NCBI RefSeq assembly: GCF_006345805.1
Contig: NC_043000.1
Span: 26,164,001-26,228,000, forward strand
DNA: 64,000 nucleotides
Direction: 5' to 3'
Source: Octopus sinensis
Taxonomy: Eukaryota
Shown here: positions 50,906 to 62,980 of the stretch, piece after piece
How the letters are laid out: the number at the start of each line of letters is the position of its first letter
Position numbering within the stretch: the first letter of the stretch is position 1
Position numbers and translations under genes: made by a program
Notes under the pieces: generated by a model
The model's input: only the letters and a program-made list of their open reading frames with translations
What the model was told of the DNA's origin: nothing
The model's database searches: none

Positions 50906-51616
50906 GGAAATATATTTAGAATACATACGTACATACTTAATATATTTCTAAATTCATATACGTATTTATATTCGTGTAACATCGTCCATTTTTCCGTCTT
51001 GTTTCGTATACATTCGATGCTTCTTTCAAAGGAATCTAATGCTCTTAGCTTAGTTTTTCCTTGGGTCTGGCCAGATTGGAGCAATCTCAAGATTAATCAG
51101 CTGAAATTGCGAGGATGATCCGGTTCTCGACTGAAGATTAAAGGCTTTGAATGACCCGTCCGTGTTTTTTGTATCGTCTATCTGGATGTTTTGTTGTCCC
51201 TTTTTGTATCACCTAGTTGTCCGGATGTTCTTGTCCCATTTTGTATTTATATATATATATATACAAAAGAGATACCCGAAGAAAAGGATATCTGACTCGC
51301 TAGAAAGAGCAGTTAAAACTCCAAGCCACCAATTGTTGTAATTCCGAAAGTGATTGGAAAATAAAACTTTTACCTTAATCCTAGACCCTACAAGGTTTCT
51401 GCAGACTTAAATACAGACTGAAATAAAATAACTTCAGCCTATATCTGGCGCTGCTTCTTCAGTAGGTTGCCAGGACTGAACACATAGGCACGAAGCGATA
51501 AATAACCCGCCACGTGTCTATAGGTTCTAATTTTTCGAATCTACCGCGTAGAAGCGGAACTCAGCACTAAAAAAATAAATTGCCGATTTTCTTCCAGAAT
51601 TAGCCAAAAGACATTT

Positions 51617-51691
51617 TATCATTAATTAAAATCTTAGGGTAGCAAGAATATTCATAGAAAAATTCTTGCTACCCTAAGACTTTAATTAATG

Positions 51692-51695
<4 letters not shown>
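51617..51695. repeat. About 33-bp-arm hairpin at the end of a TA-embedded cassette (51265-51695)
   Basis: TATCATTAATTAAAATCTTAGGGTAGCAAGAAT / ATTCTTGCTACCCTAAGACTTTAATTAATGATA. Confidence 0.8.
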
Positions 51696-51760
<65 letters not shown>

Positions 51761-51783
51761 CGGCGTACGTACACTTTGTTCTC

Positions 51784-51835
<52 letters not shown>

Positions 51836-52149
51836 GTGTGTGTGTATGTATATAGAAAACTAGTTCGTTAGTGAATCTCTGTTCGAGACAGAGGCTGTGT
51901 ACGAACCAAAACGTATTGCTAATGGCTAATTTAATGTGGCTGTCCTCTAAGAGACGACAATACTGCCATTTAACCCCAGGAAGACATCTCCAGCTGGTTT
52001 ATTCAGTGTGCTTGTCACACCTGATATTTATTGCAAGCGGGAGATAACTCCTGCAACCATTGAAGCCTTAAGACCACCAGACCGGGTGGTTTCGATATCT
52101 GTATTGGATTTCCTTGGTGGTGGGTACTCGTTGCCAGGTATGGCAACAG

Positions 52150-52820
52150 TTCACATCTTTATTGTTATAGTTACTCTTTTAACTCAGGTTTTGTTGGAAC
52201 ACCCAAAGTCTTGCATGAATAGCAGGCTTGCTACCTGCAGCCTATGGTATCATGCTATTTGTTCTCTTTAACTATCTAATACTTTCCTGGTAAACGGTAA
52301 ACTTATTGCAACAGCTTCATTTTCTTTTATATATCTCCATTTCCTTTATATTCCTCTTAATACCTATTTCTTTATTATGCACAAGGGGCTAAACACAGAG
52401 GGGACAAACAAGGACAGACATAGGTATTAAGTCGATTACATCGACCCCAGTGCGTAACTGGTACTTAATTTATCGACCTCGAAATGATGAAAGGCAAAGT
52501 CGACCTCGGCGGAATTTGAACTCACAACGTAACGCAGACGAAATACCGCTAAGCATTTCGCCCGGCGTGCTAACGTTTCTGCCAGCTCGCCGCCTTAATA
52601 CCTTTTGATACTATCCTCTTAATACCTTTTGATACTATCCCCAGTGATCCAATAATAATTGGCACTAACTTCATCCTTTTAATTTTTCGCTGCCGACCTA
52701 TCTCGTATTTAAGAGGATTGTACATGTCTATTTTTACGTCTTCTTTTTTAACTATTCGTGGGTCAAATGGGCACGAAGCATCAATCATAGAACACATATG
52801 GTTTACCTTGCCCACCACCA
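52150..52820 (-). pseudogene. Second copy of the R4/Dong-like RLE 3' end, interrupted by a SINE
   Basis: CSMIDASCPFDPRIVKKEDVKIDMYNPLKYEI...LVPIIIGSLG (RLE nuclease region); the 3' UTR aligns with 38640-38750. Confidence 0.85.
52363..52596 (-). mobile_element. SINE family A with TSD CTTAATACCT
   Basis: Full family A reverse complement with a duplicated flank. Confidence 0.9.
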
Positions 52821-52824
52821 TTAA

Positions 52825-53092
52825 GTCCTCCTCTTCGTCCTCGTCGTCCTCCTCCTTATCCACCTCCTCGTCCTCGTTGACCTCCTCCTCGTCTTCCTCC
52901 TCGTCCTCTTCCTCGTCCTCCTTCTCTTCGTCACCCTCGTCGTCGTCGTCGTCCTCCTCTTCTTCGTCGTCATCGTCGTCATCGTCGTATTAATCCTCTT
53001 CGTCCTCCTCTTCTTCATCCTCCTCTTCGTCGTCGTCGTCGTCCTCTTTTTCTCTTCTTCTTCTCCTTCCTCCTCCTCCTCCTCCTCCTTAC
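52825..53092. repeat. Compound TCC/TCG/TCT trinucleotide tract
   Basis: Direct observation. Confidence 0.9.
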
Positions 53093-55044
53093 TAATGACA
53101 ACAACAACAGAAATAAAATCCATTATCATATTCTAACATCAACATCTTCACCAATCGGTTTCGTACCAAGAGTTGACTTGGACCCATTAATAATCAGAAA
53201 AAGGCTCAAAAGAATTGTATGGCTTTACTACCGGACGTCTGAAAGTGTTGAATCAAGTCAGCGGTCAGCTATTTTAAAACTAGAACGAAATTGTTCGCTT
53301 CAGAACCAAGAGATAAATTCTTTTTTTTTTATTAATTCATTGGAATTTACGCCTTTTAGATTGGGAGCGAGGAAGGCCACCTCCATATGAGGGATATTTG
53401 CTTTTAGGGTAGGTTGGAGCCGAGATGAGGAAGGTTAATTTTAACACCATATGTGTTCGACTAAATATATGTTTGTATGTACGTATACATGTCACAGTAA
53501 GGTGTGATAAATCTTGTACTAGTTCCTCAGATTTTGATGCTGGGAAAGACCCAGCGAGGCTTCCTCAATGCTTGTATTCATTGTGCGATCGATCAGTGTA
53601 CTGAGGCTTCGCTACGTTCATGAGGACAGAATCAGAAAACACTAATCTTACAGTTAATATAGGAGACCGGGTAAAAAGAGTTCTCTATTATGATCCTTTT
53701 CTCAGTCAAGCAACGCCTGTACCTCCTATTGTTGTTTATGTAAGGTTTATTACCATTTGCCGGTATTATCCTGTTAATTTCAGAACCCACAGTGTTTTTC
53801 TCCTCTTTCTATATATAATTCATAATGAAATTTGATAAGGGAAACTAGTTTAAAGGCACCTTCTGAGGCGCATACATATTTTTGGACGTCGGTCACTCCA
53901 TTCGGCTCGTCCGACGTCACATACACCTCATACACAGCGGTTTCTGAATTTCCTTAGTCAACATGTAGTGTTATCTCTGCATAAACAGCCTGCCTTTGTT
54001 TCAGGCCTTTATCTACTTTGTAATATTTTCTTTATGCTAGGGGTACAGTTAGAAGAGACACCCAAAATGTGTGTCTATTAAATATTTCCTGTATATATGT
54101 GTTTGGGGGAAGTGTTTATCGACTAATCTAAGAAGGATCCTTCCTACAATAAGTTTTACGTTCAGGGACAATGTGTGTGCCACCCATATAACTATGACTT
54201 TGGAAAAATAAGGGCCAGGCATAAACTTGATCTTATATTAAAAACCACCGGTGGCCAGGGCCTCATTACAGTGCAGAACAGCAGCGTCGCAAGACTATTC
54301 CTCATGCACTTTCCCGATGATAAGGGGGTTATCTCAATTCCTGGAATAACACCGTTCTGATGAAGGGAAAATATCATGTTGTATTTTATTCATAATAATA
54401 TACTCACTCTGTTAACCAATTTATGAGTGTCTCTTTATTCTGACTCATTTTGAGACATCTATACACACGCTTATTGTATATGTATATATGTATATCTTTG
54501 TGCGTATGTGCGTATTTATGTATGAAATGCAACGGCTACTTTCACTTGGGAATTATGCATCAATAAATTTTTCTATGCATTCACATTATGATAATAATCA
54601 TGCAAACATCCTATTAGTAAAACTAGTTTCTCCTCTAAAAACATCGTTAATATTCTGTGTGAAAAATTCATTATTAAGAGTCATTTCAGATCCTCTGGAT
54701 TCACCCTAATGAATATTTACATTTCTGAAATGATACTTAATATAGTAATGCTTCAAACGAACGTGCAGAACAAAAATGGAGCCCCTACATACACACCCGT
54801 TACTTGAATTATGCGATACTGTCATAAAAAAGAATTAGAATAAAAAGAGTTGTAGGAAAACATTGAGCAGCATGCGTCGTCGAAAATTATAAAGTGAATT
54901 TTGTATGCCGTGAGGTGAAGACAGCTCTAACCTTTTTGGGATGCTTTATTCATCTGAGAGCCCCAAAAAATTTTTTTTCAACGGATCTGAAGAATATATG
55001 TTTTAAGAATATAAAAGTTCAAAAATACAATATGTATACATATT

Positions 55045-55193
55045 GGCATATGTGTGGTAAGTAGCTTGCTCACGAATTACATGGTTTCGGGTTTAAGTCC
55101 CACTTGGGCAAGTGTCTTCTACTACAGCCTCGGGCCAACCAAAGCCTTGTCTCGTGAGTGGATTTCGTAGACGGAAACTGAAAGAAGCTCATC

Positions 55194-55245
<52 letters not shown>

Positions 55246-55571
55246 TATATTAAATTAGAGATAAAAACACTATTAGGCAAACCAAACAATGAAAAACATA
55301 AAATTAATTAATATTTATTATTTTAAATATATATCAAAAGTATTAAAAGTTTAATAAAAGATAAACTTTTGATATATATTTAAAATGATATAAATTAATT
55401 AATTTTATGTATTGGTTTAAGTTTTTCATTGTTTGATTTGCCTAATAGTGGTTTTATCTCTAATTTAATATAATATAATATTTTACTATAAAATTGGATT
55501 CAATCCTAAATCTGATTTTTCCCTGTAAGTTTGGATTTATTCCCTAATATTTTATTATTAATTTATATATG

Positions 55572-55602
<31 letters not shown>

Positions 55603-55948
55603 TATATATATATGTATGTATTATATTAAATTAGAGATAAAAACACTATTAGGCAAACCAAACAATGAAAAACATAAAATTAATTAATATTTATTATTTT
55701 AATATATATCAAAAGTATTAAAAGTTTAATAAAAGATAAACTTTTAATACTTTTGATATATATTTAAAATAATATAAATTAATTAATTTTATGTATTGGT
55801 TTAAGTTTTTCATTGTTTGATTTGCCTAATAGTGGTTTTATCTCTAATTTAATATAATATAATATTTTACTATAAAATTGGATTCAATCCTAAATCTGAT
55901 TTTTCCCTGTAAGTTTGGATTTATTCCCTAATATTTTATTATTAATTA

Positions 55949-56024
<76 letters not shown>

Positions 56025-56187
56025 GTGTGTGTGTGTGTGTGTATGTTTGTGTGTCTGTGTTTGTCTCCCTAACATCGCTTGACAACCGATGCTGGTGTGT
56101 TTACGTCTCCGTAACTTAGCGGTTCAGCATAAGCGACCGATTGAATAAGTACTAGGCTTACAAAGAATAAGTACAGGGGTCGACGGG
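55045..56187 (+). mobile_element. SINE family B split by about 750 bp of insertions in its central (TA)n
   Basis: Head at 55045-55195; the body resumes at about 56010-56187. Confidence 0.82.
55237..55950. mobile_element. Tandem duplication (period about 376 bp) of an AT-rich foldback cassette
   Basis: 55237-55570 is repeated at 55613-55950. Each copy has about 100-bp inverted arms. Related to 18740-19045. Confidence 0.88.
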
Positions 56188-56244
56188 TATATAATAATAT
56201 GTATATACATATTATTATATACACGCGCATACATTTATATAAAT

Positions 56245-56520
56245 TCTTTTATTTGACTGTGGCCGTGCTGGAGCACCCTCTTGAAGGGTTTTAGTCAAAT
56301 GAATCGACGCTAGGACTTACTTTTGAAGCGTAGTATTTGGTAGTGGCCGCTCCGTCACAGGATTCCTCAATTTTGCCAGTTCAGTGGACTGGAGCAATTT
56401 TGCCTAGTACTTATTCTATAGGTTCCTGTGGCTGAACCGTTAAGTTGTCAATCGGTGATAGAGGAAGGGACAAACATAGACACAAAGACACACACACGTA
56501 CACACTAACACACACACACA
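56245..56520 (-). mobile_element. SINE family B, diverged 3' half
   Basis: TTTGACTGTGGCCGTGCTGGAGCACC...CCTAGTACTTATTCTAT...GACAAACA. Confidence 0.7.
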
Positions 56521-56561
56521 TACATACATACATACATACATACATACATACATACATACAT

Positions 56562-56595
<34 letters not shown>

Positions 56596-56619
56596 TATAT
56601 AATATATATATATATATAT

Positions 56620-56679
<60 letters not shown>

Positions 56680-56686
<7 letters not shown>

Positions 56687-56940
56687 ATCCAAACAAGAAA
56701 GCACAAAAAAACATATATATATATATATATATATAATTGTATATATATATATAGTTGGATTTTAGAAAAAAGCGAACAAAACAAGACGAAGACAGGTGTG
56801 TAAAAAGCAAACAGATGTATTAATTTAACGCTGGGGAAGTGAGAAAGTCTTTTACGTTTCGAGCCTACTCTCTTCGACAGAAAGGAACACAGAAATAAAC
56901 AGGGAGAGAAAATAAAAAAAAGGTTTAGTGGCTAGCGATC
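56680..56940 (-). mobile_element. PLE-like terminus with minimal hammerhead at 56849-56884
   Basis: Minus strand reads CTTT-CTGTCGA-A-GAGA-gtag-GCTC-GAAA-CG-TA-AAAG. The 3' end GGATTAACTA(TA)n matches 19190-19200. Confidence 0.65.
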
Positions 56941-56944
56941 AATA

Positions 56945-57423
56945 AGGGTTGGAGAAAATAATGGAAACACCTAGCAACATAGCATCAAAAGTTTGAAATA
57001 TCTATAAAACCGTCAAAAGTTTGTTTCTTTTTATGTTTTTTTTATTTATTATTAGTGTTGCTTAATATGTTTTGCTAAAATAGCTGTTTCTTTTCAGATA
57101 TCATTAGAAAAAGGTAATTTAAAATTTATTAAAATGACAGATCTATCGGACTTTCAAAGAGGTCATATTGTTGGTGCTCGTTTAGTAGGCGCTAGTGTAA
57201 CGAAAACAGCCGAAAAGGTTCGTGTATCAAGAAGTGCTGTCTCGAAAGTAATGACAGCCTTTGAGAAAGAGGGAAAACCTCCTCGTCAAAACCAAACTCT
57301 GGAAGAAAACCAAAAGCTTCAGATAGGGACCGTCGGACTCTTACGCGAATTGTTAGAAAGGATCACAAAAGTACAGCTCCCAAAATTACTGCAGAGCTTA
57401 ATGACCATCTTGAGAACTCAGTT
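56945..57423 (+). mobile_element. Tc1-family transposon, 5' part (left TIR plus transposase N-terminus)
   Basis: TIR-like AGGGTTGGAGAAAATAATGGAAACACC. The ORF from 57134 reads MTDLSDFQRGHIVGARLVGASVTKTAE...VSRSAVSKV, then after frameshifts SGRKPKLSDRDRRTLTRIVRKDHKSTAPKITAELNDHL. Confidence 0.9.
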
Positions 57424-57769
57424 ATGTATTTGTGTGCGTATATAACAGACACACAGACACACACACACACACACACACAAATTTTCCTACGTAACGGCCT
57501 CCTAGCAAATGTACCATTTATTTTATTTTATTTTATTTTATCTAGTTTCAGCTCACGAGCTGTGCCTATGCTGGGAGCACCGCCATTTGGTGTTGCTACA
57601 TGATTTTACTTCACGAATGCTTTTTAGCAACTGCCATTTGGTGCATGAGAGAGTTCGATGCAGCTGCCCTCATCTGCACCTCCTGCCGTGAAGTTGGTTC
57701 ATCTGGGACACCTGACAGGAAGAGATCCAGTTTTATTTTAAAGACATCTGCATACCGTGTATGTATATT

Positions 57770-58050
57770 TTTGGGATATTTGGGCATCACTACTTTCCGA
57801 TTGAGTACGGGGGACGTTTCATTTATGAGGACGTACTCTTACATTTGTCTGAGCGATGGGTCCTTCGGGTGCTTGGATAAAATGCGGATGTCAAGTCGGC
57901 GCAGTGTGCCTCCATGTTGGTCGGTCTTCGGCATGTTGATCGAGTATAGAGGACTGTTTCTTGTCATCATATTGCCTCATGTGTCATTTATTCTCTCCGC
58001 GATACTTCTTGATGTCTCTCCAATGTATGTATACAGGTACATATGTGCAC
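57770..58050 (-). pseudogene. Penelope-like element GIY-YIG endonuclease remnant
   Basis: Minus strand reads YIGETSRSIAERIN (YIG at 58019-58027)...ILSKHPKDPSLRQM*EYVLINETSPVLNRK. Confidence 0.8.
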
Positions 58051-58301
58051 ACACAAGCACACATGCAAGCTGGCGCACACACATGAGCACAACAGACGAA
58101 AGGAACGCATCTTCGATAACGGTCATTCACCAGGTTGCAAAAGCAACGAAAATTTTGGAAACTGAACCGGTGAGTGTGTTAGATACTAAGGAAGTATGAC
58201 TCTCCTCAGACATAACAAATTATATATATATGTAACAACAAATTATATTAGAAAATTACTATTTTTAAATCTCACAACGTGAGATATTCAGTAACAGTAC
58301 T

Positions 58302-58690
58302 TTGTAGTAAAAGCTTGTTTGCCAACATAACATAGTAGTCCTTGTTTAGGACGAATATTGCTGTAATTTAGCCCCAGGAAATATCGTCCCCAGCTGACTA
58401 TACGACACGATCTGTGTCCTTATATTTTAGAACAAGGGAATCTAGCACCCCCACTCAGCTCAAAACAATATCTGTGTATCGCGGACATAACTCGGAAATC
58501 GCGATACACAGATATTTGCTTTGAGCTGAGTGGGGGGTGTGTGTGTGCTAGATTCCCTTGTTCAAAAATATAAGGACATAGATCGTGTCGTATAGCCAGC
58601 TGGAGACGATGTCTCCTAGGGATAGATTACAACAATATTCGTCCTAAACCAGGACTATCATATTATGTTGGCAAACAAGCTTTACTACAA
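58302..58690. mobile_element. Long foldback (about 185-bp arms, 16-nt loop)
   Basis: 58302-58482 is the reverse complement of 58499-58690 with few mismatches and a (GT)n expansion in one arm. Confidence 0.9.
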
Positions 58691-59288
58691 CAAATTATAT
58701 ATATAAGACACACACACACATTGAATGGAATGTGAAGAATTTGGTGAGCATGGTATAAAGAGACAAAGTGTTAACGTGTTAAAGGTTAGATTTGAAAAAG
58801 AGTATCATCATTCAATTACCCCCCGAGCATGTTCCACAATGGGATTGTTTGTATGCTTTTCCTTGAAGGCTACTCAACCAGAGTCTCATGATAAACTTTC
58901 CTTAGTGCAAACATTTTTCAAGAATCTCGAGGTTGGAGGTTAAAGTTGCCCTGAATGTTCGTTTTTATTAGATTTTATTTTTTGTTTATTTCCTGCACGT
59001 GATGGGGTGTAAATAACGAATAGAAATCTGTAAATAAGAAACGATACTCTTTAAGCAAAGTCCTTCGCGAAATTTGTTCTGCAGCGAACTATAGTCACAC
59101 CCTTGTAAATCTCGTTGTCAGAAATGCAGTAAATAGTGATTGGCTTGTTAGAAGTCAGTACCCAATGCAATAAATTTTTTTAATGTATGTAAAAGCGGAA
59201 AACTTGTTAATGTTTGTAAGTGAGAAAGATGGGTGAGACGGTATGAGTTTGAGTGAAGCAGTGAAATATATATAAATAAAGAACATAG

Positions 59289-59319
<31 letters not shown>

Positions 59320-60039
59320 AGGAGGAAGAGAGAGGTGTGGAGAGAGCCGAGGAGCAAAAGAACACAGATGGAAGCGAACTCTCGAGAGATAAAACAAAGA
59401 TCAAACTAAACAACTCGGTAGAAATAGATGAAAAGAATGTTTAGAAGAACTGCGTTAACGATCAACATTATCTCTGTAGATAAGTTTGACAAATTGTCAG
59501 ATCAATAAATACACAGTTAAGCAAAATTCAGGCCTGACATTAACATTGTACGTACGTATATACATACATACATACATACATATATACATACATATATACA
59601 TACATACATACATGCATACATACATGCATATAAAAACAACATATACACAAATAAATACGCCAAGTATATCTAAATGTATATACATACGTGCATATACATA
59701 CACACACTTACAGGCATACATATATGTATATAATATATATATTTATATATGTATATATATATATACACACACACACACATATATATATATATAATATATA
59801 TATATATACATACATATACATGTGTGTGTGTGTGTGTGTGTGTGTATACACACAATCATACACACATGCATACTTATATACATGCGTACATGATGATTGC
59901 TTCATCTTGTTACAAGATAGCTGGCCGTTATGAGACATCTGTGCGTCACTGGATTATAGTCGTATCCTCTTGTGCGACACGTGCACCACTCTAAGTTTCT
60001 GAATCAAAATAACTAATGACAAGCATAAACATAACCTGC

Positions 60040-60465
60040 AATAAGCAACCAAACGTGCGGAAGTGTGAAGGAGCGATAGGAGGGCTTTTTAGGATCAGAT
60101 TCAATAACCATAAGTCCTCCTTCAATATCTCGGAGAGTTCGCAGAAACAAAATCCGGCAAAATGCTTAGCAGTATTTCGCCTGCCGCTACACTATGAGTT
60201 CAAATTCCGCCGAGGTCGACTCTGCCTTTCATCCTCTTGGGGTCAATAAATTGAGTACCATTTGCGAACTGAGGTCGATTTAATCGACTGGTCCCTCCCC
60301 CAAAATTTTGGGCCTTGTGCCTATAGTAGAAAAAAATATCTCGGAGAGATGTTGAAGCATTGAAGGAAAGTTTCATGTGGAAAATCTTAAAGTAGCGCAA
60401 GACCCATTTTAATAGCAGTAGAGACAGCAGGTAGTTTTTAGCCGGGAAAAACTATATTAAAAACT
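60040..60465 (+). pseudogene. Second PLE GIY-YIG remnant, interrupted by a SINE
   Basis: GLFRIRFNNHKSSFN before the SINE and WKILK*...FLAGKNYI after it, matching FKxRYNNHKSSF...WKIL...CxLCxxEKxxI. Confidence 0.65.
60138..60334 (+). mobile_element. SINE family A with 14-bp TSD
   Basis: AATATCTCGGAGAG at 60124-60137 and 60335-60348. Confidence 0.85.
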
Positions 60466-62141
60466 CTTGGCATCCAGGCATCTACCTAAGCTGCAAAAGT
60501 GAGATTTTTAGCACTTGCCTATATGAAATGAGATATATTTCTATCGTATCTACGAACCCCATTATCACTATCACCAGTTCTCTACCTTCGGCTCTTTCCT
60601 CACCATATCCTGAGAACCCAGAAAAGAGTTTAACCCAATCATACACAAACATGCAAACATACATATGACCTAACATGAGATTAAGCGTGCAGATACTTGC
60701 CTAGCAGACACATTCCCATGAAAAAATCCTACACATATAATACCACAACATGCATTCCAAGCCAACATGAATACCAAAACTTAACATCTACACACATTTT
60801 CAGTAAATTCTTGTGGACTAACATATCAGAAGCCTTTGGGGCCAAGGGACATAATTCTTGATAAAAGCCTCGTTCTGTCTTATTTCCCAGCACCCTCCAA
60901 CCGGATGTGAATTTTTACTCCAATAACGACCGCAGTCACTGTATTTTTCCATATCTGCCGGCTGTGACGAGCATGCGATATTACTTGACCGTGCTGTTAT
61001 ATAACACCCAGTTTAATACGCAGTGCGAAACCGATTGGTAAGCTTAGTCGTAGTTGATAAAAAATTCTGTACACTTTGGTTAATATACTCACTTCATTGA
61101 CAAATATACGAGTGCATATTTATCTGACTTGTAGATCGCTTGCTCGCGCGCACACACAACACACAAGCATATATATGTATGTGTATGCGTGTGTATATAT
61201 ACATACCCACTTGAAGATACCTCATATAGGTTTTCTTACAAAGATTTTCCATCTCTTACGTAGTATATTTGTCAAGATTATAACACAACTATCTGCCCAT
61301 GAGACGAGGTCTTCTGCGCTAGGTGACCGCACGATAACTCGCGGTGTCATATATACATACATGCATACACACACACACATACATACGAACATCACAGACA
61401 GATATCAAACTAGTTTGTCGCAACAGCATGTGAACCTTTTCATCTTAGATTCCAATGAATAACGTAGCCTAAAATTTGGACATTACTATAAGCCTGTCAA
61501 CTTCCCTAATTGCTGTATTTGAAAAAGCAAAATGAGGAAAAAAATTGAGACATCATGTGAATTACTATTACACAACAGTTAGTATAAAGATAACTACAGC
61601 CAGCCACTTGTAGACAGATGCCAAGAAATGGTAACAACAGGTGAAGGAAGTCTTGTGAGAACTTCCAGTAGATTCTCAGTAGATTTACCAATGCTACCAG
61701 AAGGCTATGGAAAATTCCTCAAATATTTATAAGTAAATTAAAAGTTACTGGTATATGAACTGTCTCAGCTACATTAATTTAAGCAAGAAACAGTCTCTGT
61801 TGTGAGTTATATTCTAGAAAAAAAAAGTTGTCTCAGATAGCAGAACTAGCATGCAAAGCGGGAATAAAAGCGCAAGAAATACCCTAAAATAGTCTTTGTA
61901 GAAAATATGAGCCACAACCAAAACGCTAAGGAGGCCATAGGAAAACAACAATCACCATTATAGCTTCGAGTGATCCGTAGAAATGGGAAGACATGTGTAA
62001 GAGGCTGTTAATTCTAGCCCAGCTTTCTAAAAGGTTCAAGAAATTCACTTTTACATAGCAACATACCACTAAAACAAGCCAACGGTGAAATCCATAAGCG
62101 GACATTGGATTCGATAACAGCCGAATTTCCCTTAAATTACA

Positions 62142-62625
62142 TCTTTATATCTATAAAGGGCAAAATGCCTGTGTATCTGTGTGTCCTTTATACAAATCCA
62201 CAGTTTTTCACGTAAAAGGCTCGCATTTTCTTTGGGCTTTCAAAACTGTCTGAGGGTGGTCATGAAGATTTTTCCATTTCCCCAGTCACCCCAGAAAGCC
62301 ATTAAAAAAGCGATTAACCGACCCCTTATGCCCATAAGTTATTTTGCGGCCAAATTCGAGTTTTTCGCTTTCTTTTGCTCCTTTTTTGCCCGACTAATGT
62401 CATGTGCACAGTCCCGCTAGTTTTCCATGATTATGCCGTTCCAGGTGTGAAAACCGAAGTCCAATGAATATTAATTACTCTCATAAAAAGCCGCAACTAG
62501 CTCATAAACAACAAAACTTGCCCGGGCTGAAATGTGATAAGAAACTTAGCTCTTGATTTAGAGAGAAATTTTTACTGCGACCCGGCAACGAACAAGCACT
62601 AGCACTAGACGGGTCATGGTGCTAG
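62142..62625 (+). mobile_element. Non-autonomous Helitron
   Basis: A|TCTTTATATCTATAAAG 5' end, subterminal GACCCG...CGGGTC stem (62579-62615), CTAG|T 3' end, no TSD. Confidence 0.75.
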
Positions 62626-62721
62626 TCCTACTATAATGGGGAACTGCATTGTATAATGTAGCACTAGACAACTCCGAACAAATGGTTTCGACTAGAAAGT
62701 CGTTGATCACAACTGAGCTGG

Positions 62722-62774
<53 letters not shown>

Positions 62775-62853
62775 CACCACCACCACCACCGCCGCCGCCG
62801 CCGCCGCCGCTGCTGCTGCTGCTACTACTACTACTACTTGCTGCTGCTACTGC

Positions 62854-62890
<37 letters not shown>

Positions 62891-62900
62891 GCTGCTGCTG

Positions 62901-62980
<80 letters not shown>

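Noticed and set aside
54350-54390. Hammerhead at TTCTGATGAAGGGAAAATATC
   Set aside because: The CTGATGA core is present and resembles 33463, but no stem II partner or correctly placed GAAA/stem III follows; at most a truncated relic.
57600-58199. 199-aa plus-strand ORF as a host gene
   Set aside because: It is largely antisense to a recognisable GIY-YIG remnant and shows no coherent protein features.
61500-62020. Possible RTE LINE remnant
   Set aside because: Only vague similarity in broken frames; no diagnostic motif could be read.
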